DNA of 64,000 nucleotides, from positions 92,194,001-92,258,000 of the forward strand of contig OZ024744.1 of the NCBI GenBank assembly GCA_964016885.1. Reading direction: 5' to 3'. Numbering within the stretch: position 1 is the first letter of the stretch; the number at the start of each line of letters is the position of its first letter. Origin of the DNA: Eledone cirrhosa (Eukaryota). The notes under the pieces were generated by a model. The model did not search any database. It was not told where the DNA came from and worked only from the letters and a program-made list of their open reading frames with translations. The translations under genes were made by a program, and so were the position numbers. Positions 1-10,851 of the stretch are shown one piece after another.

Positions 1-86
1 GTGTGTGTATATACGTGTGTGGGTATATATATATGTGTGTATATGTATATATGTATATATATATATGTATATGTATATATATGTAT

Positions 87-143
<57 letters not shown>

Positions 144-159
144 TATACATATATATATA

Positions 160-193
<34 letters not shown>

Positions 194-203
194 TTGTTCA
201 TAT

Positions 204-241
<38 letters not shown>

Positions 242-544
242 GTTTAGATGTGTATATATACATATATGTATCACGTCCTCTCTAGATTTGGGTCTTTTGA
301 TCTTAGTATATATTATTATTGTTATACACACATATATATATATATACACAGCACCCATATATATATATATTATGTATATATATATATATATATACAGCAC
401 CCATTAACCCCAAATCAAAACAATGACCCAGTGAGCCTCTCCCAGGAAGTCAGCTAAAATAGACCCCTTTTTCTAGCTTCATCCACCCTACTGCAGTAAT
501 TGAGACTGATAGTTCTGTTGTTTTCTCCACAGGAAGGTCCTCCC

Positions 545-606
545 ATGCCCTCCCCTCCTCATCCTCCATCTCCTCCTCCTCCTCCTCCTCCTCCTCCTCC
601 TCCTCC

Positions 607-642
<36 letters not shown>

Positions 643-680
643 CCATCATCACCGCCATCATCTTTATCACCATCACCATT

Positions 681-729
<49 letters not shown>

Positions 730-767
730 CCATCCTCATCATCATACTCGTCATCAGCATCACCATT

Positions 768-832
<65 letters not shown>

Positions 833-862
833 TATCACCATCATCATCGTCATCATCACCAC

Positions 863-903
<41 letters not shown>

Positions 904-1000
904 CAACCATCATGGTCGTCATCATCAACAACACCATCACCATCACTGTCATCATCATTGTCATCATCATCATCATCATCATCACCATCATTGTCATCAA
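545..1000. repeat. (CCT)n + (CAT)n microsatellite
   Basis: Direct reading; a similar (CAT)n tract lies at 51540-51650. Confidence 0.93.
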
Positions 1001-1194
1001 CTTTTACTTCTTCCTCCTCCCCCCTCAAGCCCTTCCGTCTCCCTAAACCCGCTCCTCTCCTCTCCCTTCCTGCCACCTCCTACTCTCCCTTCTCCTTTGG
1101 TTCCCTCTTTGTTTCTATGTGAGAGGAATAACAGTAGAAGTTTGGTGTAGTCTAGAACACAGCACGTGCCATTGTATGATACCAGAATGCAGTT

Positions 1195-1410
1195 GATTGG
1201 CAGTGGATTTGTAGAGCGTCAGACACCCTGCTTCATGGCATAGAGTTACAGCCCTTTATGTTCAGGTTTCAAATCCTGCCGAGGTTAGCTTTGATTTTCA
1301 TCTGTACAGGGTTGATAAAATAAAGTACCAGTAATGCGCTGGGGTCGTTTCAATCGACTTTTTCCTCTTCTAAAATTGCTGGCCTTGTGCCTATATCAGA
1401 AACCATTATA
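1195..1410 (+). mobile_element. tRNA-derived SINE (octopus-type, Nin-domain-like)
   Basis: TTGGCAGT A-box-like start, GTTTCAAATCC B-box, GATAAAATAAAGTACCAG core, GGCCTTGTGCC tail. Confidence 0.75.
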
Positions 1411-2142
1411 TGACACAACAACTGGTCTAAGACATAGCAACAACTGGTCTAAGACATAGCAACAACAGCTGATTTATGACATAGCAACAACTGGTCTATG
1501 ACATAACAACTGGTCTATGACAAATAACTGGTCTATGATATAACAACAACTGGTCTATGATGTAACAACAGCTGGTCTATGATATAGCAACAACAACTGG
1601 TCTATGACATAGCAACAATTGGTCTATGACATAACAACTGGTCTATGACAAATAACTGGTCTATGATATAACAACAACTGGTCTATGATGTAACAACAGC
1701 TGGTCTATGATATAGCAACAACAACTGGTCTATGACATAGCAACAATTGGTCTATGACATAACAACTGGTCTATGACAAATAACTGGTCTATGATATAAC
1801 AACAACTGGTCTATGATGTAACAACAGCTGGTCTATGACATAACAACAACTGGTCTATGACATAGTAACAACTGGTCTATGACATAGCAACAGTTGGTTT
1901 ATGACATAACAACAACTGGTCTATGACATAGCAACAACAACTGGTCTATGACATAGCAACAACTGGTCTATGACATAGCAACAACAAGTCTATGACATAG
2001 CAACAACTGGTTTATGACATAACAACAACTGGTCTATGACATAGACAACAACAAGTCTATGACATAGCAACAACTGCTCTATGACATAACGTCAACAGGT
2101 TTATGACCTAGCAACAACAACTGGTCTATGAAATAACAACTG
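1411..2142. repeat. ~19-25-bp minisatellite ACAACTGGTCTATGACATAGCA with 128-bp higher-order period
   Basis: The variant CAAATAAC recurs at 1521, 1649 and 1777. Confidence 0.92.
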
Positions 2143-2364
2143 ACACGTCTTTTGTCACCAAACACTATTAGAAATTCTCTTGATCTGAAATTCAAAACAA
2201 TAGAAACTTTGATAGAGATTGAGAGCTGAGACGAGGATGGTTTATTTCCTGTTTGAAAGAAGGGCTGTTGAAAATTGTAAGTGAATGCATGTGGTTTATT
2301 ACTCTAGTGTTCAGCGCACTAAGTGGGTGACATGTCCTTGATATAACTGTAGTGTCCGCTAGAC

Positions 2365-3750
2365 CAGTAGTTTCCAGCTGGTCGTCTGTGGACCACCGGT
2401 GGTCTGAAAGAAAACTTTGGTGGTCCGTTGAAAAATTTGGACATTATTTGCAATCTTTATGTTTTATTAATAATTGATTCTACTTTTGGCACAAGGCCAG
2501 CAATTACCCCAGTGTATTACTGGTACCTTATTTTATCGACCCCCGTAAGGATGAAAGGCAAAGTTAACCTTGGCGGGATTTGAACTCAGAATGACAAGGG
2601 CCGTAACTCTATGCGTCAAAGCATGGCATCCGACTCTCTACCAATACTGCCAATCCACCGTGCACAAGGCCAGCAATTACCACTAGTGTATTACTGGTAC
2701 TTTATTTTATCATCGACCGTGTAAGAATGAAAGACAAAGTAAACCTTGTCAGGATTTGAACTCAGAACGTAAAAGGCCATAACTCCGTGCTGCGAAGCAT
2801 GGCGTCTGACCCTCTACTGATACCACCATTATCAATAATGATTCTAGTATAGGCACAAGGCAAGTAATTTGGGGGAAGGGGAAAGTCGATTAAATCGACC
2901 CCAGTATGTTACTGGTACTTTATTTTATTGACCCTGTAAGGATGAAAGGCAAAGTTAACATTGGCGGGATTTGAACTCAGAACGCAAAGGGCCATAACTC
3001 TATGCTGCAAAACATCGAGCCTGATGCTCTACCAATACTGCCAATCCGCCACCATGGTGGATTGGCAGTATCGGTAGAGGGTCGGACGCCATGCTTTGAA
3101 GCATAGAGTTACCTCCCTTTATGATCTGAGTTCAAATCCCGCCGAGGTTAACTTTGCCTTTCATCCTTTTACGTCGATAAAATAAAGTACCAGTAATACA
3201 CTGGAATAATTGCTGGCCTTGTGCCAAAAGTAGAAACAATTATTAATAATGAAACAAGGCGGTGGACTGGCAGTATCGGTAGAGGGTCTGACGCCATGCT
3301 TTACAGCAAAGAGTTACGGCCCTTTACGGTCTGGGTTCAAATACCGTCGAGGTTAACTTTGCCTTTCATGCTTACGGGGTCGATAAAATAAAGAACCTGC
3401 AATACACTGGGATAATTGCTGGCCTTGTGCCAAAAGTAGAAACAATTATTAATAATTGTTTCTACTTTTGGCACAAGGCCAGCAATTACCCAGTACATTA
3501 CTGGTACTTTATTTTATCGACCGGGTAAGGATGAAAGGCAAAAAACAAAAATAATATTCGGTTAATATATATTTTATAAGCTCACTAAAATATGTTTCAA
3601 TAGAAGCATTTCATATTAATATAATGGAAGTTTACTGATCAATATTTTACAACTGAATCGATCTTTTTTTTAAATTTCGTATTAGTAGTCAGCGGGATTT
3701 AAAATTATCAACTTAGTGGTCCATGAGGTCTGAAAGTTTGGCAACCGCTG
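2365..3750. mobile_element. hAT/Charlie-type MITE interrupted by the SINE cluster
   Basis: Ends CAGTAGTTTCCAG / TTGGCAACCGCTG. 8-bp TSD-like flanks CGCTAGAC (2357-2364) and CTCTAGAC (3751-3758) fit the Charlie NTCTAGAN preference. Confidence 0.7.
2470..3545. mobile_element. Cluster of ~6 copies of the same SINE in both orientations
   Basis: Minus copies at ~2470-2660, 2661-2830, 2840-3052 and 3450-3545. Plus copies at ~3055-3245 and 3256-3450. Shared core GCCTTTCATCCTTACGGGGTCGATAAAATAAAGTACCAG. Confidence 0.88.
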
Positions 3751-3758
3751 CTCTAGAC

Positions 3759-4530
3759 AAAGTTGACAGTCACCTACAGTTTTATAGAGAGAGGTTGACA
3801 TGTCTTTGACATAACTGAAGTGTCCCCTAGGTAACGTTGACAGTCACCTACAGTTTTGTAGAGAGAGGTTGACGTGTCTTTGACATAACTGAAGTGTCCC
3901 CTAGGTAAAGTTGACAGTCACCTACAGTTTTATAGAGAGAGGTTGACATAACTGAAGTGTCCCCTAGGTAAAGTTGACAGTCACCTACAGTTTTATAGAG
4001 AGAGGTTGACATGTCTTTGACATAACTGAAGTGTCCCCTAGGTAACGTTGACAGTCACCTACAGTTTTGTAGAGAGAGGTTGACGTGTCTTTGACATAAC
4101 TGAAGTGTCCCCTAGGTAAAGTTGACAGTCACCTACAGTTTTATAGAGAGAGGTTGACATAACTGAAGTGTCCCCTAGGTAAAGTTGACAGTCACCTACA
4201 GTTTTATAGAGAGAGGTTGACATGTCTTTGACATAACTGAAGTGTCCCCTAAGTAAAGTTGACAGTCACCTACAGTTTTATAGAGAGGTTGACATGTCTT
4301 TGACATAACTGAAGTGTCCCCTAGGTAACGTTGACAGTCACCTACAGTTTTGTAGACAGAGGTTGACATGTCTTTGACATAACTGAAGTGTCCCCTAGGT
4401 AACGTTGACAGTCACCTACAGTTTTGTAGACAGAGGTTGACATGTCTTTGACATAACTGAAGTGTCCCCTAGGTAACGTTGACAGTCACCTACAGTTTTA
4501 TAGAGAGATGACATGTCTTTGACATAATTG
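3759..4530. repeat. 74-bp minisatellite with a 63-bp variant (74+74+63 = 211-bp higher order)
   Basis: CACCTACAG starts at 3771, 3845, 3919, 3982, 4056, 4130, 4193, etc. Confidence 0.93.
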
Positions 4531-4531
4531 A

Positions 4532-4916
4532 ACAATCTACCACCACTTCTTTCAACCTCACAATCTGCACCCCTATCTTTCAACCCTACAATCTGAATCT
4601 CCTTTCTTGCAACTTCACACTTTGCACCCTTTTTTTTTATCCCTTACAAAGTGCTCCCCTCTCATTCAACCTTACAATGTGCATCCCCTTTTTTCAACCC
4701 TTACAAAAGTCCACCCCCATCATTCAACCCTATAATCTACACCCTTTTTTCTCAATCCTTACAAATTGCACTTTTTTTCATTTAACCTCACAATCTACAT
4801 ATGCTTCTCTCAACCCTTACAAAGTGTACCCTTTTCATTCAAACTCACAATCTGCACCTCCCCTTTTTCAACCCTACAATCTACTCCCCACCCCCACCAT
4901 CTTTCAACCGTTACAA
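4532..4916. repeat. Degenerate ~33-bp tandem repeat
   Basis: Recurrent TTCAACCCTACAATCTGCACCC-like motif. Confidence 0.7.
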
Positions 4917-5217
4917 AGAATAAGATAAGATTAAGTGATGGTATACATATTGGGAGCTGTCCTAAGACAATGAGTTTATTGACACAGCAGTCTTGAAGTG
5001 CCTCACATTCAAAACATTTTGATTACTTCCTGTGTACATAATATTCAAGTTGGAAAAGTGTGTGGAGATGGTATACTTAGTTTCTTTTTCAAGTACCCAC
5101 AGAAGTGTGGAATTTCCATGAACTAGTCCTCTCTTATAGATGTTTACAATGAGTAAATAAATAGTTTTCTTTCCTGATATTTTTGTCTTTAGTAAATTTT
5201 AAAAATTGGTTTGCAAA

Positions 5218-5328
<111 letters not shown>

Positions 5329-5441
5329 ACGCGAAAACAGGCGGATAGCGATCTCTAGACCTACCAGTTCAGAGAAACAATTGTCAGCAATGAGATTAAA
5401 AACCTTTTTTGTATAGCAAACCGTGTCACTCTTCTTTCTTG

Positions 5442-5538
<97 letters not shown>

Positions 5539-5684
5539 AATTAAAATACTAGAGTGTGTTGGAGTTAAACACCCTCTTCATATTATAGAAATGACAGTAT
5601 AAGATATAGCTCAATGTAATTAAACAGAGCCGAAGAATTATAAAAAATAAACCAAAGAAGCCTTCAATACATCAAAAGTCTTTA

Positions 5685-5727
5685 TTAGCCAACAATGTTT
5701 CGTCCTATTAAGGACTCATCAGGGCAA
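5685..5727 (-). ncRNA. Minimal type I hammerhead ribozyme
   Basis: Minus strand reads ttGCC-CTGATGA-GTCC(ttaata)GGAC-GAAA-CattGTT^GGC. It has the conserved core, a 4-bp stem II, a minimal stem III with a GUU triplet, and a short stem I. Confidence 0.8.
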
Positions 5728-6003
5728 GTAAAGCTACAAGAAGCACTATCGGCCAATACAAGCCAAAAACTCAGAAGAATATGGAGTATACATCTATTAA
5801 AGCTTAGGAAAGATATCAAGGAAAAGTTGGCTAAGATTAAGAGTGAGCAGTTACAAACATAGATATGGACCAAATAGCAAGGAAGTGATTAACATGTTGA
5901 ACCCACATTGCAAATATTGTATAATGCAAAAACTTGAAACACAAATGTCTTGTGCTTTCAAACATCCCCGCTGTTCTCTAGAACAGCTGGGATGTGTGCA
6001 CAA

Positions 6004-6097
6004 GACATATCTGAAGAACCTTCGAATGCAGAGTCGGATTTGATCTGTAACAGATCCTACCTCGAGCTGATCGACGAAGAAACATATGTAATATGTT
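6004..6097 (+). ncRNA. Type I hammerhead ribozyme with extended, partly decayed stem II
   Basis: GACATAT-CTGAAGA-[long stem II including GATCTG-taa-CAGATC]-GAAA-CATATGTA^ATATGTT. Stem I is 7 bp, stem III is palindromic (ACATATGT), triplet GUA. Confidence 0.75.
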
Positions 6098-6442
6098 AAT
6101 AAATTGTGGTTTGATGCGTTACTGATTCCTCGTTCTTTATACTATATATATGTATACATATACACGCATAAATTGAGATTTTGGCATAGGTTTAATATGT
6201 TAAATTACTTCTCTGAGTGATATTTTATCTGTATATCTATATTTTATCCATTCATTGAGATGTCTAAGTATTAGAGACAAATAACCTTTTAATTAATATA
6301 TATATATGTGTATGTATGTCAATACTCAACTTTTTCCATTTCTTAGAGGGTTCTAAACCCCACTATCAGGCTAAAGTTTCTTTAGTAAAAAATACAGTGC
6401 AAATTTCTTTTTAAATATATATATATATATGTATATATGTAT

Positions 6443-6775
6443 AATAATTTCGTATTTCCAAAGAAATACGGTTTTATGAAGCCATAGCTATGCAAATGAG
6501 AATCAGGTTCCGTTTGGATATCCAAATGGAACTTGAACCGATAAGGTTTGGTTTATCGGGTATGTCACTATTTATAAAACAAATTTTGTATTTTATCTGA
6601 TGAGAGCATACCAAAGTTTTTTTTGGTACCCTTGAAATATATATAATAAAATAAATATAGTTTTCCATTTATTAATATCATTGATATTATACTCCAGGAA
6701 ACCTGTCGAGTGCTTTGAATCTATTATAAATAAATTTGTTGAATTACCAGTTAATTAAATATCTCTTTGCTTATA
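6443..6775 (+). mobile_element. Hammerhead mini-element in (TA)n (PLE-like, non-autonomous or truncated)
   Basis: Hammerhead at 6589, hairpin at ~6504-6536, second copy at ~54855-55045 (-). Confidence 0.65.
6589..6653 (+). ncRNA. Type I hammerhead ribozyme (same family as 54912-54973)
   Basis: TATTTTAT-CTGATGA-GAG..ACCAAA/TTTGGT..CTT-GAAA-TATATATA^ATAAAATA. Stem I is a perfect 8 bp, stem III is palindromic, triplet AUA. Confidence 0.85.
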
Positions 6776-6789
6776 CATATATATATATA

Positions 6790-7311
6790 TTTGATGCGTA
6801 TGAAGGATGACAGCTGCATAAAAAGGTGCAGAGCACTAGGAGTTGATGGAAGCTGCAGAGTGGGGAAACCCAAGAAGACCTGGGATGAGGCAATAAAAGC
6901 AGACTTTACCCAATTACACCTCTCAAGGGCGATGACACATGACCGTGACCTCTGGCGTCACGCAGTAATAAAGAAGACCTGACCCCCCCCCACACACACA
7001 CACACAGGAACAAGCTGAAGCTGAAGCATATAGACAATATGCCCTCACCCTCTCCCACTGCAAAGTGGTCGTGGACGTGCCACGGCAAAAAAGCACCCAG
7101 CCCACACTGTAAAGTGGACATGTAGGCGCCACAGAAAAAAAGCACCCAGCACTCACTGTAAATGAGGTTGGTGTTAGGAAGGGCATCCAGCTGTAGAAAT
7201 CAAGCCAAATCAGTTCCTGTATGAGCAAGGCATGGTCAGCCGACCAGACACTGCCCACAACAGGACAACCCGTCTAACCCATGCTAGCGTGGAAGAACGA
7301 ACGTAAAACGG

Positions 7312-7340
<29 letters not shown>
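6790..7340 (+). mobile_element. RTE LINE 3' fragment followed by a SINE-like segment with an RTE-type (GAT)n tail
   Basis: MRMKDDSCIKRC..GKPKKTWDEAIKAD is homologous to the C-terminus at 7841-8329. GTTAGGAAGGGCATCCAGCTGTAGAAA (Meta-domain-like) and a (GAT)n tail follow. Confidence 0.75.
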
Positions 7341-7342
<2 letters not shown>

Positions 7343-7524
7343 ATATATATATTAAAATTTTTATGTATTTATTGATTTTTTTTGTGTGTTTTTCCCCCTT
7401 GCTACTTCACATAGTCATTAGGTGGATATTTCCTGCAGCTGCAATTCTTGAAGTATTGAGAGCCATTTACATTTATTATGGTCTACATAAAAAAATCTTT
7501 GTTCAAATATTTCTTGAAATATTA

Positions 7525-7715
7525 GGGTCAACTTAAAAGTTTATAGGCTGACCAAGATACTCTCATGGAATGACCAAATGGGGTTTATTTTTCAATTAAG
7601 CTCCCTGAGAAGAAGCAATGTACAGTTATTAATAAGAAGAGTTGAAATTAATGCATGCAATATTTCACAGTTCTAGCATCACTCCTTCATAGTCAGCCTA
7701 TGAACTTTTCAGCCC
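7525..7715 (+). mobile_element. Mariner-derived MITE (other copies at 17573-17742, 18055-18130 partial, 53195-53390)
   Basis: TIR consensus (TA)CGAGGGTCRGCTGAAAAGTTCATAGGCTGAC at both ends of a ~190-bp element. Confidence 0.75.
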
Positions 7716-7720
7716 ATCTA

Positions 7721-7788
<68 letters not shown>

Positions 7789-7810
7789 TAGATAGATAGA
7801 GAGATAGATA

Positions 7811-10672
7811 ATCATCATCATCATCATCATCATCATCATTTTACGTCCGCTCTTCCCTGCTGGCAAGGGTGGGACGGGTCTTATTCAGCACACCATCTCT
7901 CCACTCGTCACGGTCCTTCGTCATCTCCACCGTGAGCTTCAGCGATCTGAGGTCTGTTCTCACCACTTCCGCCGATGTTTTTCGTGGTCTACCTCTACCA
8001 CGTCTTCCTTCAACTAGAATTTCCTGGCACTTCTTCACCCATCGGTCATCCTCCATGCGCATCACATGTCCATACCACCTCAGTCTCCTCTCTCGCACAC
8101 TACATTCTATCCCTCTCAGACACAGTTTCTCTCTCAACACATTCATGCTGGGTCGTTCACGCACATTGACATTGCACATCCAACGGAGCATGCTTGCCTC
8201 ATTTCTCTCCAGCCATCGCATATCCTCTGCAGTTGCTGCCCATGTCTCACTACCATGCAGCATCACGCTCCTCACACAGGCATCATATAACCGGCCTTTT
8301 GTATGCAGGGAGAAACCCTTCTTCGTCAACAGAGGAAGCAGCTCGCTAAACTTCTTCCAACCCGTCCTTTTTCTAGGTACTATGGCCTCGGACCCCCCCC
8401 CCCCCCTCTCATGCTAATCTGATCTCCTAGGTATCGGAAGCTATCCACCACTTCTATAGCACCCGCCTGCATTTGGAAAATGTGTCTATCAATGTGACTT
8501 CTACTGTCTAATTTCCCTGTACATCTACTGCATACGTATTTCTCCCTACCTGTTAGTTTGCCTGCTATCCCGCCACATCTCTTGTGTACCCAGGATCTGC
8601 ATTGTCTACATTTTATAGAATTTATGCCAGTTCCTTTTCTGCATATCGAACATGGCCATTTCCCTGACGGAATCAGAGTTTTGTCCTCTTTTCTGCTCAT
8701 CAACACTTTTGTCTTAGCTAGGTTCACTCTCAGTCCTTTTGATTCCAACTGCTGTTTCCATAGCCAGAATTTATTCTCTAGCTCCTCTACTGATTCTGCT
8801 ATAAGAACCAGATCGTCAGCATAGAGAAGTTCCCATGGACAGCCAGTCTTAAACTCCTCTGTTATGGCTTCGAGGACTATAATGAACAAGAGAGGACTAT
8901 AATGAACAAGAGAGGATTATAATGAACAAGAGAGGACCGAACCCTGATGTACTCCTACTTGTATCTGGAATTCGTCACTAAACTCCATTCCTACCCTCAC
9001 TTTACTGACAGCACCTCTGTACAAATTTTGCACTGTCCTCACAAGCCATTCCTCAACACCTAGTTTCTTTAGGGACCACCAGATGACAGATCGGGGTACC
9101 CTATCAGAGGCCTTCTCTAGGTCAACAAAGGCTAAGTATAGTGGCTTATTTTTCTCTAAGAACCTCTCTTGTAATTGTCTCACCAAGAAGAGGGCATCTG
9201 CTGTACACTTCCCAGGCACAAAACCAAACTGCATCTCATCTAGTTTGACCCTTTCTCTAATTAGTTGTGCTAATATCCATTCTGCCACTTTCATAACCTG
9301 ATCCATCAGTTTTATACCCCTATAATTGCTCCTCTCCAGAGCATCCCCTTTACCTGTGTAGCAATTTATGAGAATACTGCTGCACCAGTCTTTGGGTATG
9401 ACACCACCATATATAGCCTGATTGATGATGCGTGCAACCAGTTTAGTGCCTACGTCCCCTGATGCCTTCAGCATCTCAGCAACTATTCCCGATGGTCCAG
9501 CAGCCTTACCATTTTTCATTTCCTTAATCGCCTCTTGGACTCTATATTCGTCAATCTCAATAGCTGGTCTACTGAGGGTAATTTCTCTCACTCCCATTCG
9601 TTCTCCACATTCATCAGTCTCTCATAATGACATTTCCAGGCCTCCTTTTTCTGATCATTCGTGACACTAAGTACACCAGCATCATTCCGGACACATTTAT
9701 ATCCCAAAACATCCTGATTTGCATTGACACACTGCCTTGTCGCAGAACATTGTCAAACCTCCTACTCTCAGCCTCCCTGCGTGCTAAGTACACCTGACAT
9801 CTAGCTTCTCTCTTAACAGCTGTATATCCTTCTCTACTCCCACCCTTTTTCTAAGCCTTCCATGCTATTCTTTTGTCTCTAATGGCCTTATCTACTGTGC
9901 TGTTCCACCACCAGATCACTCTCTGTCTGGTTGGAGCTCTGCTCCAGCCACAAGTTTCATCAGTAGCCTGAAGTAAGTCGTCACGTAAGAAATTCCAGTT
10001 ATTATCTATGTCATACTATTATTATCTAAATCATCTTATTTTTCGTCATACACATCTTGAAGGGCTTTGCTAAATTTGTATTTTAGTGAAAGGTCTTTTA
10101 GCTTCCAGACCTTTCTTATCCACACCTTCCTGTATGTCTCATTCCTTCTCTTGCTTACTTAGATATCACTAATGACTAACCTATGCTGTGTGGTACATTC
10201 TTCCCCAGGGTATGCCTTGGTATTAGACACTATCTGCCTGTCCTGCTGCCTAACTAGTAAGAAGTCAATCTGGCTTATGTGCTTGCCAGATTTATAGGTT
10301 AATAGGTGGTTGGCAGGTTTCTGGAAGTTAGTGTTGCAAATAGTCAGTGTACTTGCATCACAAAATTCAAGAAGTCTCACTCCTTCTTCATTTCTTGAGC
10401 CGTAACCGTGCCCACCATGTACCCCAATGTAACCATCCTGGAGCTGTCCAACAGGACCATTGAAGTCCCCTGCTAGCATAACGATGTCTCCGTCCTCTGT
10501 CATTGCTGTTGTTTATAAAAGTTGCTCGTAAAATCAGTCTTTCTCTTCTTTGCCTAGGCCTGCTTGGGGAGCTTAGGCAGAGGTGATTGTCAGTAGTCTC
10601 CTGCCTACAACTAATCTAAGCTTAATTATTCGATTACTAACTCGAACTACCTCTATTGTCTTATTGATCCAT
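7811..10672 (-). mobile_element. RTE-clade LINE, 5'-truncated and decayed (APE endonuclease + RT, (ATG)n tail)
   Basis: ORF pieces: AGDFNG..SQIDF..QHRLV (APE), KAAGPSG..NYRGIKL..FVDLEKA.D..GVHQGS, LLYADD, RRLRWYGHV..GRPRKT. (CAT)n at 7812-7838. A 20-bp x3 duplication at 8876-8938 breaks the ORF. Confidence 0.95.
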
Positions 10673-10690
10673 AAATATATATATATATAT

Positions 10691-10851
<161 letters not shown>

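Larger units (their letters stand above)
5537..6143. mobile_element. Non-coding island in (TA)n with two divergent hammerheads
   Basis: Bounded by TA repeats. Hammerheads at 5685-5727 (-) and 6004-6097 (+). No credible ORF. Confidence 0.6.

Noticed and set aside
450-1150. Poly-Asp/poly-His/poly-Met ORFs and an acceptor-like site at ~531
   Set aside because: (CAT)n/(CCT)n microsatellite is open in multiple frames, and there is no supporting donor or homology.
2236-2282. Short exon candidate (ATGGTTTAT...|GTAAGT)
   Set aside because: Only a donor-like motif and 13 codons; no recognisable protein or partner exon.
3055-3150. tRNA gene
   Set aside because: A/B-box-like motifs belong to SINE heads with an expanded interior; no cloverleaf can be formed.
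6335-6385. CTGATAG...GAAA hammerhead-like string on the minus strand
   Set aside because: The core deviates and stems I/III cannot be formed.
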